This document shows, piece after piece, positions 1 through 12,138 of a DNA stretch of 64,000 nt. A model generated the notes under the pieces. That model saw only the letters and a list, made by a program, of their open reading frames with translations, ran no database searches and was not told where the DNA came from. The stretch's first letter is position 1. Every line of letters starts with the position of its first letter. The DNA is from an uncultured delta proteobacterium. GTDB taxonomy: Bacteria > Desulfobacterota > Binatia > UBA9968. A program made the position numbers and the translations under genes. Location: assembly GCA_963737905.1 (NCBI GenBank), contig CAVTUQ010000022.1, positions 32,001 through 96,000 on the forward strand. Direction: 5' to 3'.

Positions 1-489
1 TTGACGGTGCGAAGGATTCCGAACTGGATTATTGCGTTTGGACTTGCGGGTGGCTTGCTGCTTAACGCGTCCCAAGGTTTTACTCAGTTTTCTCACAGCC
101 TCCTGGGGTTCATTGGAGGTATAGCCGTTTTTATCGTCCCTTTTGCGTTTGGATGGATGGGTGCGGGAGACGTGAAATATTTTGGCGTGGTCGGTGCGCT
201 TCTTGGCGTCGAATGGCTTCCACGCGTACTTTTCTACTCGGCAATGATAGCCGGGGTTATTGCTGTCGCTTATACCGCTGTCGGCAGATTCCATTCTGGT
301 TCTGGATTCTTTAAGGACACGTGGTCCGATTGCAAGCTCGCCATCCTTAGCTTCGGTCGAGTGCTCCCTGACTCTATCGGTAAAAGAACCGCCAAAGGTG
401 CCGATTCAGTCCCTTGGGGCGTTGCGATTGGGGCCGGAACTTTGGTGGCTTACTATTTTGATCCCACTGGTCGGTGGGCCGGCTTTTAA
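1..489 (+). CDS. cpaA: A24 family prepilin peptidase CpaA/TadV (5' end outside window)
   Basis: RRIPN, GWMGAGDVK and VPWGVAI motifs; hydrophobic; first gene of the tad locus. Confidence 0.9.
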   Translation: MTVRRIPNWIIAFGLAGGLLLNASQGFTQFSHSLLGFIGGIAVFIVPFAFGWMGAGDVKYFGVVGALLGVEWLPRVLFYSAMIAGVIAVAYTAVGRFHSGSGFFKDTWSDCKLAILSFGRVLPDSIGKRTAKGADSVPWGVAIGAGTLVAYYFDPTGRWAGF

Positions 490-557
490 CCAATAAACTA
501 GCTCGGGAGCCGATAAGTAACCGAAATTTCTAAAATCTGCACAGAAGAGGAGCTGTT

Positions 558-1391
558 ATGCAAAATAGGCTAAAAATTGCGCTCGTTGTCGCCGTATTCT
601 TCGGATTGATCGCGGCATACGGGATCTATAACTTTCTTCGTCAGCAGCGGCAGGCCGCCGAGGCCCTGAGGCAAGAAACTCAAAACGTTGTGGTGGCTGC
701 CAAGGAAATCCCCGCGGGCACGGCCATCAACGACGACATGATCAAGAAAGGCATGGTCAAGGCTGTTCAGTGGCCGAAAGCATCTGTACCCACCGGCTCT
801 TTCTCTTCACCCGAGCAGCTGGTGGGCAAGACCAATCGGGTAAAGATCATGGCGAATGAACCCATCTCGGAGTCGCGTCTGGCTGGAGAAGGGGCGGGTT
901 TAACTATTCGGCTGGAGGCGGGTAAGCGGGCGATGGCCCTTAAGGTGGATGAGATCATCGGAGTCAGCGGCTTTATCGTTCCAGATGATCGTGTGGATGT
1001 GATTGTGACTACGACGCCGCCGGGCAAACAGAACCAGGACGACAAGATTTCCAAGATCGTGCTGCAGAACAAGCGAGTGCTCTCTGTGGCACAAAGCGTG
1101 GAGCAGAAAGACGGCAAGCCCCAGGTAGCTCGGTCGATCACGGTTGAGGTGACGCCTGAAGAGTCGGAGAAGCTTTCGCTTGCGACGCAAGAAGGGCAGA
1201 TCGTCCTCGCGTTACGGAGCATAGGGGATGACGCGGATGCAAAGACAGCCGGAAGCAACAAACGGGATCTGCTTGCGGTTGCGGCGCCGGCCCGTAAAGG
1301 CGGAGGGAGTCGCCCTGTAATCGCCCAAGCTCCGGAGAAATATCGGGTGGAAGTGCTTCACGGCAGTGACAGAAAAGTGGTGGAATTCTAA
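558..1391 (+). CDS. cpaB: Flp pilus assembly protein CpaB/RcpC
   Basis: N-terminal TM, SAF domain (VVVAAKEIPAG), GVSGFIVPDDRVDV, RBS GAGGAG. Confidence 0.93.
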   Translation: MQNRLKIALVVAVFFGLIAAYGIYNFLRQQRQAAEALRQETQNVVVAAKEIPAGTAINDDMIKKGMVKAVQWPKASVPTGSFSSPEQLVGKTNRVKIMANEPISESRLAGEGAGLTIRLEAGKRAMALKVDEIIGVSGFIVPDDRVDVIVTTTPPGKQNQDDKISKIVLQNKRVLSVAQSVEQKDGKPQVARSITVEVTPEESEKLSLATQEGQIVLALRSIGDDADAKTAGSNKRDLLAVAAPARKGGGSRPVIAQAPEKYRVEVLHGSDRKVVEF

Positions 1392-1409
1392 GTGGGAAGG
1401 GGAGCATTC

Positions 1410-2921
1410 ATGAAAAAGCGCAAGGTTATGTGGACAAGGGTAAGTGGTTTTCTGGCCGCAACGGCTTTGGTTTCGTTCTGCTTGGTTGTCTCTAGCAGCG
1501 GCTCAGCAGGCTACACCAACGATCTCTGTAACAGTCAACAAGTCAATGGTGTTTCGGCTCGCCGAGCGAGCCAAACGAGTCTCCGTCTCGCAACCCGGCG
1601 TTGCGGACGTGGTGGTCGTTGCTCCGAGTCAACTTCTGATCAACGGCAAAGCCGTGGGTACAACATCGCTGATTGTTTTCAATGAAAAGGGAGACGTCGC
1701 CAATTACGATCTTGATAGTTCTCCCCGATGTCGCCGCGCTGCGAGGCCAACTGCGCTTACTGTTCCCCAATGAAAAGGTCGAAGTTCGACGTCAGGGCCC
1801 TCCCTTTTATTAAAGGGCGAAGTCTCCAATGAAGTAGTTTACGACAAAGTCCTGGAAATAGCCCAAACTTATATTCCGCCAAAGCCGCCGAAGGAAGTTG
1901 CACCCTCCACAAGCACGAGTGTCAATGTCAGCAGAACTAGCTCCGTGCGACTTCCCCCAACTGGGACTGCATTTGCGGGCGGAGGGCAGCTAGCCTTCCT
2001 CGAGGAAGAATCGATGACCGATAGCGACAGATGGGGCGACAAGACGAAAGATCGACGGAATTATTGATCTGCTGACGATCAAAGAAGTTCGGCAGATCGA
2101 GCTGGACGTTATCGTTGCGGAAGTTTCGACTCCTCAAGCTGAGAGAGATCGGATTTGATTTCTCGCCAGCAGGCTGGAAACACGACTTCCAATACATTTC
2201 TAGGCACCCAGTCCGGGTTTGTACCACCACTTCCGGCAGTCGCGGGTGCCTCCGGCTTTTTCCGGTATGTCAACGGTTCATATTCTCTGACTACCTTGTA
2301 CCGCATGCTTCAAAACAAAGATGTCACCGAGATACTCGCTCAGCCTCGACTTGTTATGAAGAATGGCCGAGCAGGCGGTTTTTTGGCGGGTGGAGAGTTT
2401 CCAGTAGTCCAAACTCTGTCGGATTCGTTCTCGGTCGAGTTCAAGCCCTTCGGTGTGCGGCTCGATTTTGTTCCGACGCTGAATTGGTCCGATCGGATTG
2501 ATTTGAGAGTTTTTCCTGAAGTGAGTGAAATTGACCAGAGCGGTCTCGGTTCAGGGAGTTCCCGGGTCTCAAGGTGAGGCGAACTGTAAACCGCGTTGAG
2601 ATGGGAGAAGGCGAGAGCCTGGTGATCGCGCGGTCTGCTCGACCGACAGAATTCTCAAAGATCTAACCAAGTTTCCGCTCCTTGGGTGACATACCTATCT
2701 TAGGTACGCTTTTTAGGAGCACGCGCTTTAGAAACCAGGAGACTGAGTTGGTGTTTGTCATCACTCCGCGGATTGTCAAAACGATGAAGCCCGGTGAAAA
2801 ACCGCAGCTTCCTTCGTTGGAAAAGTATGACGACCCGGATATTCGCCAGATTCCGCTTCCCGGAACGTCAGGACAAAGATCGACTGATCGACCAGGGGCC
2901 CCGGGAGCGACCATTCCTTGA
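1410..2921 (+). CDS. cpaC: Tad secretin CpaC/RcpA, split by several frameshifts
   Basis: Pieces in different frames: pilus-formation N domain (PGVADVVVVAPSQLLINGKAVGTTSL), secretin core (LAQPRLV..GGEFP, KPFGVRLDFVP), C-terminal LGDIPILGTLFRS..ETELVFVITP. Confidence 0.88.
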
Positions 2922-2992
2922 AGAGTCATGTGACATCGGTGTTCTGAGCCGCGTACTGGGATCAACGACGTAGGGGAAATGAAACAAGCATC

Positions 2993-4223
2993 ATGAAGCT
3001 GCCCATTTATCTGATCGGTGAAGACAGTCTGGCTCTAGCCTCATTGAGACAACAGCTGGAGAAAGAGCCGGCTTTTTTCATCGAGTCAAGGGTCCAAAAC
3101 TACGCGGATGCTTTTGATCATTTACGCAGCAAGAGCGGGCCGATCGTTGCTGTGATTGACCTCAATCGCGATGAGGAGCGAGCCTTCGCCGTGGCGGCAG
3201 AGATCAAATTCAAACTGTCCAACGTCCGTTTGGTCATGACGTCGCCCGATGACAATCCTCAGACTCTCCTGCGGGCGATGAGATCCGGGGCTGAAGAGTA
3301 TTTGACCCAGCCTTTCAATTGGCCAGAGGTCTTGAAGTCTTTCGATCATATCCGAAAGAAGATAGACGTCCATGTCTCGCCCGGTCGAGGCGTCGAGCGG
3401 GGCAAAATAATTGCGGTCTCGTCAAACAAAGGCGGAGTGGGTTCCACCACCCTCGCAACGAATCTTGCCTCGAATTTGGCAGGTCAAAACAAATCAGTCT
3501 GTCTGGTCGACCTGGTTTTGCAATTTGGCTCGGTGACGAGTTTCTTAAATATCGATGCGTCGTACACCATTTTAGACTTGGCGAAAAATGTCAAACGAAT
3601 TGATCCTCTGCTTCTCGACGGCTCCCTAGTTAAACATAGCTCCGGTGTCAGAGTTCTTGCAGAGCCCTTCTACGCTGAAGATGCCCGAAGAATTACCCCA
3701 TCCGATATCGACGAGATTCTCGATGTGTTGGCTCAATCCTTTGATTTCGTTGTTGTTGATACCGCGAAAGAATTCGATGAGATGCTGGGATTGGTTTTAG
3801 ACAAAGCAGGGACTCGTTCTTTTCGTTACGGAAATGGATGTACCGTCGTTAAAGAGTGCCCATAGAGCGTTCGAGCTGTTCGAACGCATGGGTATTTATG
3901 ACAAAAAGATCCGGCTTATTTTGAATCGCTACGTCAAAAGTAAGCTCATGAGTCTCGAATCCGTCGAAAAGGCCCTTGGCGTTAAGGTGTTTTGGACACT
4001 CCCAAATAATTATCCAACTGCGATTGCGGCTGTCAATCAGGGACTGTCGATTGAAGAGTCCGACCCGCGATCCGACATTGCCGATAGCTATGCGGGGTTG
4101 ATGACTGCTGTGCTGGAAGCTTTCAAGTATTCCGGGCTCGCAACGATGCGAGACGACGAGGACGAAGATAAGAAATCTGGCCTCCTTGGCCGTTGGATTC
4201 CGATGCGAGGGCTACTCAAGTAA
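2993..4223 (+). CDS. cpaE: CpaE/TadZ: atypical receiver plus MinD/ParA-like domain (frameshift near 3810)
   Basis: AMRSGAEEYL receiver end; deviant Walker A KGGVGSTT; second ORF 3834-4223 supplies the C-terminus (LPNNY..AVNQG). Confidence 0.88.
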
Positions 4224-4238
4224 GTAAGAGAGGACTCA

Positions 4239-5630
4239 ATGAAAAATCCACCGTTCGAATCCGATAAAGACAAGTGGGAAATTCAAAGGGGCGGCAACTT
4301 CGACGGTCTTAGAACCCCTCTGCGACCCATGCAGGCTGGGAATCCGGACGCGATTCTTCAGGATTTGCGGTTGCGAATTCACCGGCGGTTAATCGACACC
4401 TTGGATCTCACCAAGCTTTCAGCCTTGGAAATGGAAAGTGTCAAGGTCGAGATCAGGCGAATTCTTGAGGATATGGTCATGGCTGAAGCCATTCCTCTTA
4501 GTCGTGCGGATCGGGACCGTTTGGTCTCGGACGTTCAGCATGAGGTATTTGGGTTGGGACCTTTAGAAACCCTAATGAAAGACCCTGAAATCGCCGACAT
4601 TCTGGTCAACACACATAGTCATGTTTTTGTGGAACGATACGGTAAACTTGAGAAGACCGATGTCCGCTTTCGCGACAACGCCCACCTGATGCAGATTATA
4701 GAGCGGATCGTAACCCGAGTGGGGCGACGAGTAGATGAAAGCTCGCCGATGGTCGATGCCCGACTGGCGGATGGGTCGCGCGTAAACGCGATTATCCCGC
4801 CATTGGCACTGGATGGGCCAGTTCTTTCGATTCGCCGATTCGGCACGGACCGTTTGACGATCAACGATCTGGTTCAATTCAACTCGGTGCCCGCAGAAAT
4901 TGCTGAAGTGGCGGCGGCCTGTGTGAAGTCACGCCTAAACATTTTAGTTTCCGGAGGAACCGGGGCTGGAAAAACAACTCTCCTTAACTGTCTGTCGAAC
5001 TACATTCCGGAAAACGAGCGTATCGTAACCATTGAAGACTCCGCGGAACTGAAGCTGCAGCAGGAACACGTAGTGCGGCTGGAGACCCGGCCCCCCAACA
5101 TTGAGGGACAGGGTTCAGTGACGCAGCGGGATTTGGTGCGCAATGCGTTGCGTATGAGACCGGACCGAATCGTCATCGGTGAGGTCAGAGGCGGCGAAGC
5201 GTTGGACATGATGCAGGCGATGAACACTGGACATGACGGCTCGATTAGCACCATTCATGCTAATAGCGCGCGCGACGCGCTATCGCGTCTGGAGACGATG
5301 ATGTTGATGGCCGGTATCCACCTGCCAGAAAGAGCTCTAAGAGAACAAGTTGCCTCAGCCCTGGATGTTATTGTGCAGTTATCGCGCCTCAGCGACGGTA
5401 GCCGAAAGGTCGTCGAGTTTACCGAAGTTAGCGGTATGGAAGGCAGCACGATAACGACACAGACAATTTTCAAGTTCGAGCAACGAGGCGTCGAAAACGG
5501 TAAGGTCTTGGGAGACTTTGTGGCGACGGGAGTGATGCCCTCGTTTATGGATCGGCTGGAGCGGTATGGGTTTAAAATTCCGAATACTCATTTTCTGCCG
5601 CTGTCAATGACAGCGAAAAGAAGGGCGTGA
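4239..5630 (+). CDS. tadA: Tad pilus assembly ATPase CpaF/TadA
   Basis: Walker [41 protein letters not shown]. Confidence 0.96.
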   Translation: MKNPPFESDKDKWEIQRGGNFDGLRTPLRPMQAGNPDAILQDLRLRIHRRLIDTLDLTKLSALEMESVKVEIRRILEDMVMAEAIPLSRADRDRLVSDVQHEVFGLGPLETLMKDPEIADILVNTHSHVFVERYGKLEKTDVRFRDNAHLMQIIERIVTRVGRRVDESSPMVDARLADGSRVNAIIPPLALDGPVLSIRRFGTDRLTINDLVQFNSVPAEIAEVAAACVKSRLNILVSGGTGAGKTTLLNCLSNYIPENERIVTIEDSAELKLQQEHVVRLETRPPNIEGQGSVTQRDLVRNALRMRPDRIVIGEVRGGEALDMMQAMNTGHDGSISTIHANSARDALSRLETMMLMAGIHLPERALREQVASALDVIVQLSRLSDGSRKVVEFTEVSGMEGSTITTQTIFKFEQRGVENGKVLGDFVATGVMPSFMDRLERYGFKIPNTHFLPLSMTAKRRA

Positions 5631-6604
5631 TGAACCTACTACTGATTGTATTGTTTTCCTTTCTCGCGGCGATGTCGCTTATCATAGTGATGTTCTTCGT
5701 GCCTATGGCGGTGCAAAACTCGCCGCAGGCCAGGATCAAAAGACGGCTCACTACGATCGGCCGTGCCGGATATGCTTCCAGAGCGGACGTACAGAACCTT
5801 TTGAAAAGCTCTCTGTACAGTGACGTTCCGTGGGTCAATGCGCTGCTATCCAGAGTCCAGTTCGCCAAGCATCTCGATTTACTCCTTGAACGGGCCAATG
5901 TTGACATGACATTAGGTCTGTTTATTTTGTGTTCTGTTGTCGCCAGCGGGGTTGCCATTTTTCTTTTTTTGATTGTGGGTCAGCCATTTCCCCTAGCCGT
6001 TGTTGTGGGGTTGATCGCGCTTGTCTGCCCCTACGCCTATCTTAAGTATATTACGTGGAAGCGAATGAGACGTTTTTTGGAACAGATGCCAGATGGCTTG
6101 GACATGATAAGCCAGAGCCTCCAGGCGGGGTTGGGCTTAACCCAGGCAATGGTTTTCGTCGCTAAGGAGATGCCTGATCCTCTCGGCACAGAGTTTTCTG
6201 TTTTCATCGAGGAGGTCAATCTCGGTCTTCCTCTGGCAGACGCATTAAAGAAGCTGGAAGAGCGTATGGCTTTGCCTGAAGTGAGGCTTTTCAATACAGC
6301 CCTTCTAGTCCAGCGGGAAGTCGGCGGAAGCTTAGCTGAATTACTGAACAAGCTGGCTGACATCATTAGAGACCGCTTTCGAATTGAAAGATTGATCAAA
6401 AGCTTGACCGGACAGAACCGAATGAGTGCCTGGACCGTCTGCTCCATTCCGCCATTTCTGGGCGTGTTTATGTTTATTAGGGAGCCTCAGATGATGAATG
6501 AGATGTTAACTGATCCCATGGGTCGAGCAATGCTGGCTGCGGCGCTGGTTTTAGAGATTCTCGGAATAATTGTTTTCCGAAAGCTCATAAAAGTTCACAT
6601 CTAA
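5627..6604 (+). CDS. tadB: TadB inner-membrane platform protein (T2SS-F family)
   Basis: [31 protein letters not shown]; follows tadA. Confidence 0.92.
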   Translation: MMNLLLIVLFSFLAAMSLIIVMFFVPMAVQNSPQARIKRRLTTIGRAGYASRADVQNLLKSSLYSDVPWVNALLSRVQFAKHLDLLLERANVDMTLGLFILCSVVASGVAIFLFLIVGQPFPLAVVVGLIALVCPYAYLKYITWKRMRRFLEQMPDGLDMISQSLQAGLGLTQAMVFVAKEMPDPLGTEFSVFIEEVNLGLPLADALKKLEERMALPEVRLFNTALLVQREVGGSLAELLNKLADIIRDRFRIERLIKSLTGQNRMSAWTVCSIPPFLGVFMFIREPQMMNEMLTDPMGRAMLAAALVLEILGIIVFRKLIKVHI

Positions 6605-6614
6605 GCGGGGTATT

Positions 6615-7550
6615 ATGGAAGCATTAATCGCCATCGGAATATTCGCCTTGGTTTTTGGGGTTATTTATTTCACGCTGGCATCGAGAGCGCCGGTAGCTGA
6701 AGAAGCTATTCAAAGACGATTGGACAACATCGCCGCTCAGCCCAAGACAGCGGCTCGGCTTCGCTTGTACGACGCCAAGGAAGATACCTTTTGGGAGACT
6801 GTCGCTAACTTCTTTCTGGGTGACAAACGGGAGATACCTGGGGCCTACTCGAAAGTGGGGAGACTCTTGCACCAGGCTGCCTACCGAGGGGAGAGAGCAA
6901 TACGTATTTTTTGGGGCCTTCGTATTTTTCTTGGTCTCGCATTCTCATTTGGCGGATTGGTGCTGGCGTTTTTCTCGAAGGCGTCTACTCAAGATGTCAT
7001 TTTGTTGGGAGGCGTCGGCGGAATCGTCGGCTACATGTTGCCTTATCTGACTGTCCGTCGGAAAGCAAAAATGCGGGTCTTGGAAATGAAGGAAACACTA
7101 CCCGACACCTTGGATCTGATCGTGGTTTGTGTGGAAGCGGGAATGGGTGTGGATGCGGCTTTGAATCGCGTGGGTAAAGAGCAGGCGGACCAGGGGCTGG
7201 CGATGGGCGAGGAGTTGTTGCTCGCAACCCAAGAATTGCAAGCGGGTGCAGTGCGCAAGGAAGCGTTGACTCGTTGTGCCGACAGGATCGGGATCGAAGA
7301 ATTTCGTGGGCTCATCACTTTTCTGACCCAAACCGAAGAGTTGGGGGGCAGCATAGCGCGCTCCCTAAGAGTGTATGCGTCGACGATGCGCGAAAAAAGA
7401 AGCCAGGCGGCGGAGGAAGCAGCGCGCAAAGCGGTGATAAAGCTTATTTTCCCACTGGTCTTTTTTATTCTCCCGGCCATCTTTATCCTCTTATTGGGTC
7501 CGGCTGCTCTGAGTATTATGAAGACATTATCGAGTCCCCTTAAGGGATAG
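6615..7550 (+). CDS. tadC: TadC inner-membrane platform protein
   Basis: LPDTLDLIVVCVEAG, AEEAARKAVIKLIFPLVFFILP. Confidence 0.93.
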   Translation: MEALIAIGIFALVFGVIYFTLASRAPVAEEAIQRRLDNIAAQPKTAARLRLYDAKEDTFWETVANFFLGDKREIPGAYSKVGRLLHQAAYRGERAIRIFWGLRIFLGLAFSFGGLVLAFFSKASTQDVILLGGVGGIVGYMLPYLTVRRKAKMRVLEMKETLPDTLDLIVVCVEAGMGVDAALNRVGKEQADQGLAMGEELLLATQELQAGAVRKEALTRCADRIGIEEFRGLITFLTQTEELGGSIARSLRVYASTMREKRSQAAEEAARKAVIKLIFPLVFFILPAIFILLLGPAALSIMKTLSSPLKG

Positions 7551-7552
7551 AG

Positions 7553-7951
7553 ATGCCCGTAACTAATCTTACGAAGAAAACCTGGCTGGCAACCAAGGTT
7601 CGGAAGGCGGATAGCTTTCTCACTCGGCTGGTCGGCCTTCTGAAAAGAACCCACTTAGGTCCGGAAGAGGCCCTTTGGCTGATGCCAAGCAAAGGGATTC
7701 ATACGATCGGAATGAAGTTCCCCATTGATGTCGTTTTTCTGGATAAAGATAATATGGTCCTCGGTATTATCTCTGGCTTAGTCCCCTATCGAGTTACCGG
7801 TGTGCGTCTGAAAGGCCACAGCGTGCTCGAATTGCCGAAAGGTACATTGAAGAAATCACGCACCGAAGTCGGCGACAAGTTGGAAATTTCCCTGGTCGAG
7901 TCCTCCCAGATGGATGATCTCAAAGACAATCGACTCAGTCAGATTGCGTGA
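7553..7951 (+). CDS. DUF192 family protein
   Basis: ADSFLTRLVGLL, IHTIGMKFPIDVVFLD, VLELPKG. Confidence 0.9.
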   Translation: MPVTNLTKKTWLATKVRKADSFLTRLVGLLKRTHLGPEEALWLMPSKGIHTIGMKFPIDVVFLDKDNMVLGIISGLVPYRVTGVRLKGHSVLELPKGTLKKSRTEVGDKLEISLVESSQMDDLKDNRLSQIA

Positions 7952-9548
7952 CTTGGGAGGTCACGTCACTAGCATACGATCGCTTTTGTCGAAAGCGAAT
8001 TCCACGGCAAGAGATAGCCTGTCTGCGAATTCTCCTAGCCTTGCGGTTGCCCGCTACCTAGGGGCTCCAATCCCAGCGTCCCTGGCAAATTCGGAAAAGA
8101 CTCTTCGCCGCCTGCTCATCGTCGTGCTTCTCTACTGTATTCCGGCGTTCAAAGCCATGGTCCCAGTCATCGATCCGGACATCTGGTGGCATCTTCGCAC
8201 CGGCCAATGGATAGTTGATCACGCCCAGGTGCCGGCGACCGATCCGTTTTCTGGCTACGGCGTTGGAAAACCCTGGGTTGCCTATAGCTGGCTGTTTGAG
8301 ATCCTGGTTTACGCTCTATTTACAAAACTTGGTCTAATGGGGATCCTCCTCTTTACGGTCTCGATGTTCTTGCTCATCGTGGCCGTTTTACATGGCGCGC
8401 TGCGGCGGGCGAAGTTGCCTTTCATAGTTGAGGTGCTTTTCGTGGCGGTCGCTGTTGGCGCCATGAGTAGTCTGATTTCTCCCAGATCCTGGCTCTTTTC
8501 GATTCTGTTTTTCACCATGGAGCTTGCCATTTTGTTTCATGTGAGGCGAACGGACAAGATTACCCCAATGCTAGCGCTTCCGCCGCTATTCGTCTTGTGG
8601 GCGAATTTGCACATGCAGTTTGTCTATGGTCTCGCCACTCTTGGACTATTTCTCGTGGAGATTCTTCTGTCGCAGTTGCCGTCCCTCAGCCTGTATGGGC
8701 GTCGTCAGCCTAATGTCTCTCCTGGGCGAGTATCACTTCTATTATTGGCGTGCCTGCTTGCGACTTTGATAACCCCCTATCATTTTCGACTTTATATTCC
8801 GATTTTTGAAGTCATCGGACAGACCGGAGCTTTTCAGTTGGTCTCGGAGCTCCTCCCTTTATCCTTTCGAGCTTTCGCGGACTGGCTGGTCATCGGGCTC
8901 GCGATTGCAGCGGCCTTTGGCCTTGGTTGGCAGAGAGCTTGGCTTCCGTTTCCAACTCTTTTGTTACTAATGGGAACTTTTCTCGCGTTTAGAGCGCGAA
9001 GAGACGTTTGGGTTCTGGCGTTGGCTGCCGTGTTTACTATCAGTGAGTTTGGGAGGTTTGTGAGCAGCGAGCCCTCCTTCGGCTTTACCAAGTTGCGGGC
9101 CATCTGTGTAGTTGTTGCACTGGCGGTGGCGACTTACATGATCGGTCTGCACCGTCAAATCTCGGAACGGCAGTTGGAAAGCGCTGTCGAGCGTGGGTTC
9201 CCTGTCGCGGCGGTGAAGTTTGTTAACGAAAAGAATTACTCTGGGCCGCTCTACAATCACTTCAATTGGGGAGGGTATTTGATCTGGGCTTTACCCAGGT
9301 TGCCCGTTTCAATGGATGGTCGAATGAACTTGCATGGCGATCAACGCATAGAGCGCTCCGTCAACACATGGTCTGGTCTAAAGGGATGGGAATCGGACCC
9401 GGAGCTGATGAAAGCCCGATTGGTCATTGGCGGAGCCGACCAGGCACTTATGAACCTAATGCGTACGGACCCGCGTTTTAAGCTCGTCTATGACGATGGT
9501 GTCGCAGCCATTTTTGTTAGTACGACTGATGCCGTTTCGTCGAATTAA
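7914..9548 (+). CDS. Polytopic membrane protein, probable GT-C-fold glycosyltransferase (true start may be downstream)
   Basis: DPDIWWHLRTG acidic first loop, LWANLH, many TM segments, C-terminal YNHFNWGGYLIW/DGR domain. Confidence 0.65.
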   Translation: MISKTIDSVRLRDLGGHVTSIRSLLSKANSTARDSLSANSPSLAVARYLGAPIPASLANSEKTLRRLLIVVLLYCIPAFKAMVPVIDPDIWWHLRTGQWIVDHAQVPATDPFSGYGVGKPWVAYSWLFEILVYALFTKLGLMGILLFTVSMFLLIVAVLHGALRRAKLPFIVEVLFVAVAVGAMSSLISPRSWLFSILFFTMELAILFHVRRTDKITPMLALPPLFVLWANLHMQFVYGLATLGLFLVEILLSQLPSLSLYGRRQPNVSPGRVSLLLLACLLATLITPYHFRLYIPIFEVIGQTGAFQLVSELLPLSFRAFADWLVIGLAIAAAFGLGWQRAWLPFPTLLLLMGTFLAFRARRDVWVLALAAVFTISEFGRFVSSEPSFGFTKLRAICVVVALAVATYMIGLHRQISERQLESAVERGFPVAAVKFVNEKNYSGPLYNHFNWGGYLIWALPRLPVSMDGRMNLHGDQRIERSVNTWSGLKGWESDPELMKARLVIGGADQALMNLMRTDPRFKLVYDDGVAAIFVSTTDAVSSN

Positions 9549-9560
9549 GGAATATTTCGC

Positions 9561-11231
9561 GTGAAATCCTGGCTCCGGCGCTCGTTCCGGCAAGAAAAGT
9601 CCAGCAGTAAATTTGGGTTCTTTCTATGGGCGATCCTCCTGGGCCTGCTAGTTGGTGTGGCAAGCGTCTGGAGCAGCAACAAGGATGTGCTTGGTCTTTT
9701 CCATGATGATGGCATCTATGCTGTCGTCGCAAAGTCTCTCAGCGACGGATCCGGGTATCGGATCATTAGTCTTCCTACCGCTCCCGATCAAACGAAATAT
9801 CCGTTTCTCTATTCGTATATTCTTTCTTGGCTATGGAGCCTTGACCCAAAGTTTCCCGATAACATTGGTCTCTTGAAAGCTGCAAACGCGGTATTTCTTT
9901 CCGCGAGTTTTGTTCTCAGTTATTTCTTCTATCGTCGCCGCATAGAAGGAGAAGAATCCGAAGCTTTGTTATTCGCAGCGCTGGTGTGTATCAATCGGCT
10001 GTGTTTTCGTTCACAGATTTTACCGTCAGTGACATCTTGTTTCTTTTGCTTTGTCTCTGTGCGCTTTTGTGATTTTCGATTCCTCGGAGCGGTGTATTTC
10101 GCGGACCCAGTCGTCACGCTATTGGCAGCTCTTGTTGGTCTCGGCTGCCTGACTCGATCAGCAGGAGTGTCCGCTGGCAGTGGCCGGGGCCTTTCATTTC
10201 GCATGGGCAAGCGATATCGAGATTTGACGCTACTATGTCGTGCGTTGTGCTTTTACTTATTACCCCCTGGTGGCTGTGGGTTGGAACCCATTCAAACCAG
10301 ACGGCGAGTTCTGCTCAATACTATGGTTCGTACAGTTCGGAACTCCCCGCGTTTGTAATCATGTGGTACGATCCCTTCGGTGCCATAGAGATTGTTTGGG
10401 GTAACTTGCGTTACATAGTGGAAGCTCTCGACTTGATATTCCAATCGAGAATAATCCCCGGGTCTATTGTTGCCAGTAGGCTTATTGTTGCTATTGGGAT
10501 TATGGCGGTCATTTAACGACCAGTCGGTATTTTTTCGCTCCTATATCCTTTTGTATTTGGCTTTGGTGGTTGCTTGGCCGTTTCATCCTCGCGCTATCTG
10601 ATTCCGTTAGTTCCTGCGATATACTTCTTTTTGTTCCGAGGCGTTCAGGCCGCCGAATTTCATTTAAGTGATTTGATGACTTCGGAGACTCGAAAGAAAA
10701 TCCTGTGTCACTTCGTGCGAGTCACATTTGCCCTTGTCGTCGTGTTGCACGTGGGATGGATTTCCAACTATCTATTCAGTAAGGATGTGGCGACGACAAG
10801 GGCTTGGTTCGGCATACGATTGCCTGCAAGCTGGCAAGGTTTTTCAGAGACGTTTGAGTGGATTCGGAGTCATACAGACGATAAAGCAGTCCTTGCCACA
10901 GTTTTCGATCCTATGTACTACTTATACACGGGGCGACGATCGATCCAACCCGGTCTATATAAGCCGCAGAACGTACTTTTATCCGTATGGCCAAGCCGTC
11001 CCTGATGCGGGATCCCCTGATGAGATCAGAGCAGAGCTCAAATCGTTGGGTGTTAGGTTTCTTGTAACGCACCCGCTTAGCGGTTACGGAGAAGGGGACG
11101 ATTACTCTAAATTGTGGACGGGGTTGATTCGCTCGTATCATAATCAGGTAAAATTAGTATTCACTAGTTCCGATGGCAAACACCATATCTATGCTCTCCC
11201 GCAGGACATTAGGTCACTAACACATGATTGA
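9561..11231 (+). CDS. ArnT/PMT-like (GT-C) membrane glycosyltransferase, multiply frameshifted
   Basis: HDDGIYAVVAKSL and KYPFLY motifs, RYLIPL, WIRSHT..LYTGRR; ORF fragments 9561, 10235, 10574 and 10728 are colinear. Confidence 0.65.
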
Positions 11232-12132
11232 TGCAGCGACCGACTTATTGCTAGGTGTACAGAATGAGGATGGAGGGTGGGGTTACTTCAAGGGGCAACA
11301 CAGTAATACAGAGTCAACGTCATTTGCACTGATGGCTTTGAAGTCAATGGAAGGGAAGGCATTCATTGAGCCGAGGACTGCGGGGCTGAAGTGGTTGCTC
11401 CGGCGCCAGAAAGAGGACGGTAGTTTTCCCCTCAACGACACATCGAACCAAAGCTCATGGACCACTCCTATTGCGGTTTTAGCGCTTTTATCTTTTCAAG
11501 ACCAAAGCGAACCTGCCTTGAGGGCGGCGAAATGGATTTTGACGCAAGAGGGAAGAAAGCCCGGCTGGGTCGCATCGCTCTTGGTCCGGTTGTCCTTAAT
11601 AAAGAAAATGACAGAACTTGATCCCTACCTCAGCGGGTGGTCTTGGACCGCTGGAGCTTTCAGCTGGGTAGAACCAACCAGTTACTCGCTAATGGCACTA
11701 AAGAAGTTGAAGCGGAGTTTGGTGGGATACGGGACTAATTGTGAGGAAAGAATTCGGCAGGGCGAAATGTTGATCTACGATCGGATGTGTGAAAACGGTG
11801 GGTGGAACTATGGAAACTCCAGAGTCTTGGGGGAAGCCCTGTGGCCGTACCCGGATGTAACAGCGGTGGCTTTGATCGCGCTTCAAGACCGGGCGGCGAG
11901 TGAGGCCAATCAAACAAGTTTGCGTGCTTTGGACAACATGCTGCAGGAAGCTGCTTCCGGCACCGCCCTAGGCTGGGGTATTCTTTGTTTAACGCTCTAT
12001 AATCGGGAAGTAAGAGAATGGAAGAAGCTTCTGGTGAAGAATTTTGAAAAGACGAGGTTTCTAGGTGAAACAAAGGCGGTGGCATTGGCCTTGCTCGCGT
12101 TTGGAAATGGGGCTAGTTTGTTTCACGTTTGA
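11224..12132 (+). CDS. Prenyltransferase/squalene-oxidase-repeat protein (alpha/alpha barrel)
   Basis: QW-like repeats QNEDGGWG, QKEDGSF, ENGGWNYG. Confidence 0.8.
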   Translation: MIDAATDLLLGVQNEDGGWGYFKGQHSNTESTSFALMALKSMEGKAFIEPRTAGLKWLLRRQKEDGSFPLNDTSNQSSWTTPIAVLALLSFQDQSEPALRAAKWILTQEGRKPGWVASLLVRLSLIKKMTELDPYLSGWSWTAGAFSWVEPTSYSLMALKKLKRSLVGYGTNCEERIRQGEMLIYDRMCENGGWNYGNSRVLGEALWPYPDVTAVALIALQDRAASEANQTSLRALDNMLQEAASGTALGWGILCLTLYNREVREWKKLLVKNFEKTRFLGETKAVALALLAFGNGASLFHV

Positions 12133-12138
12133 GCTTGA

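Noticed and set aside
1-7550. Myxococcus Kil-type predatory Tad system
   Set aside because: No FHA-domain or other kil-specific genes are in the window, so it cannot be distinguished from an adhesion Tad pilus
11224-12132. Squalene-hopene cyclase call
   Set aside because: Only about 300 aa and no DxDD catalytic motif
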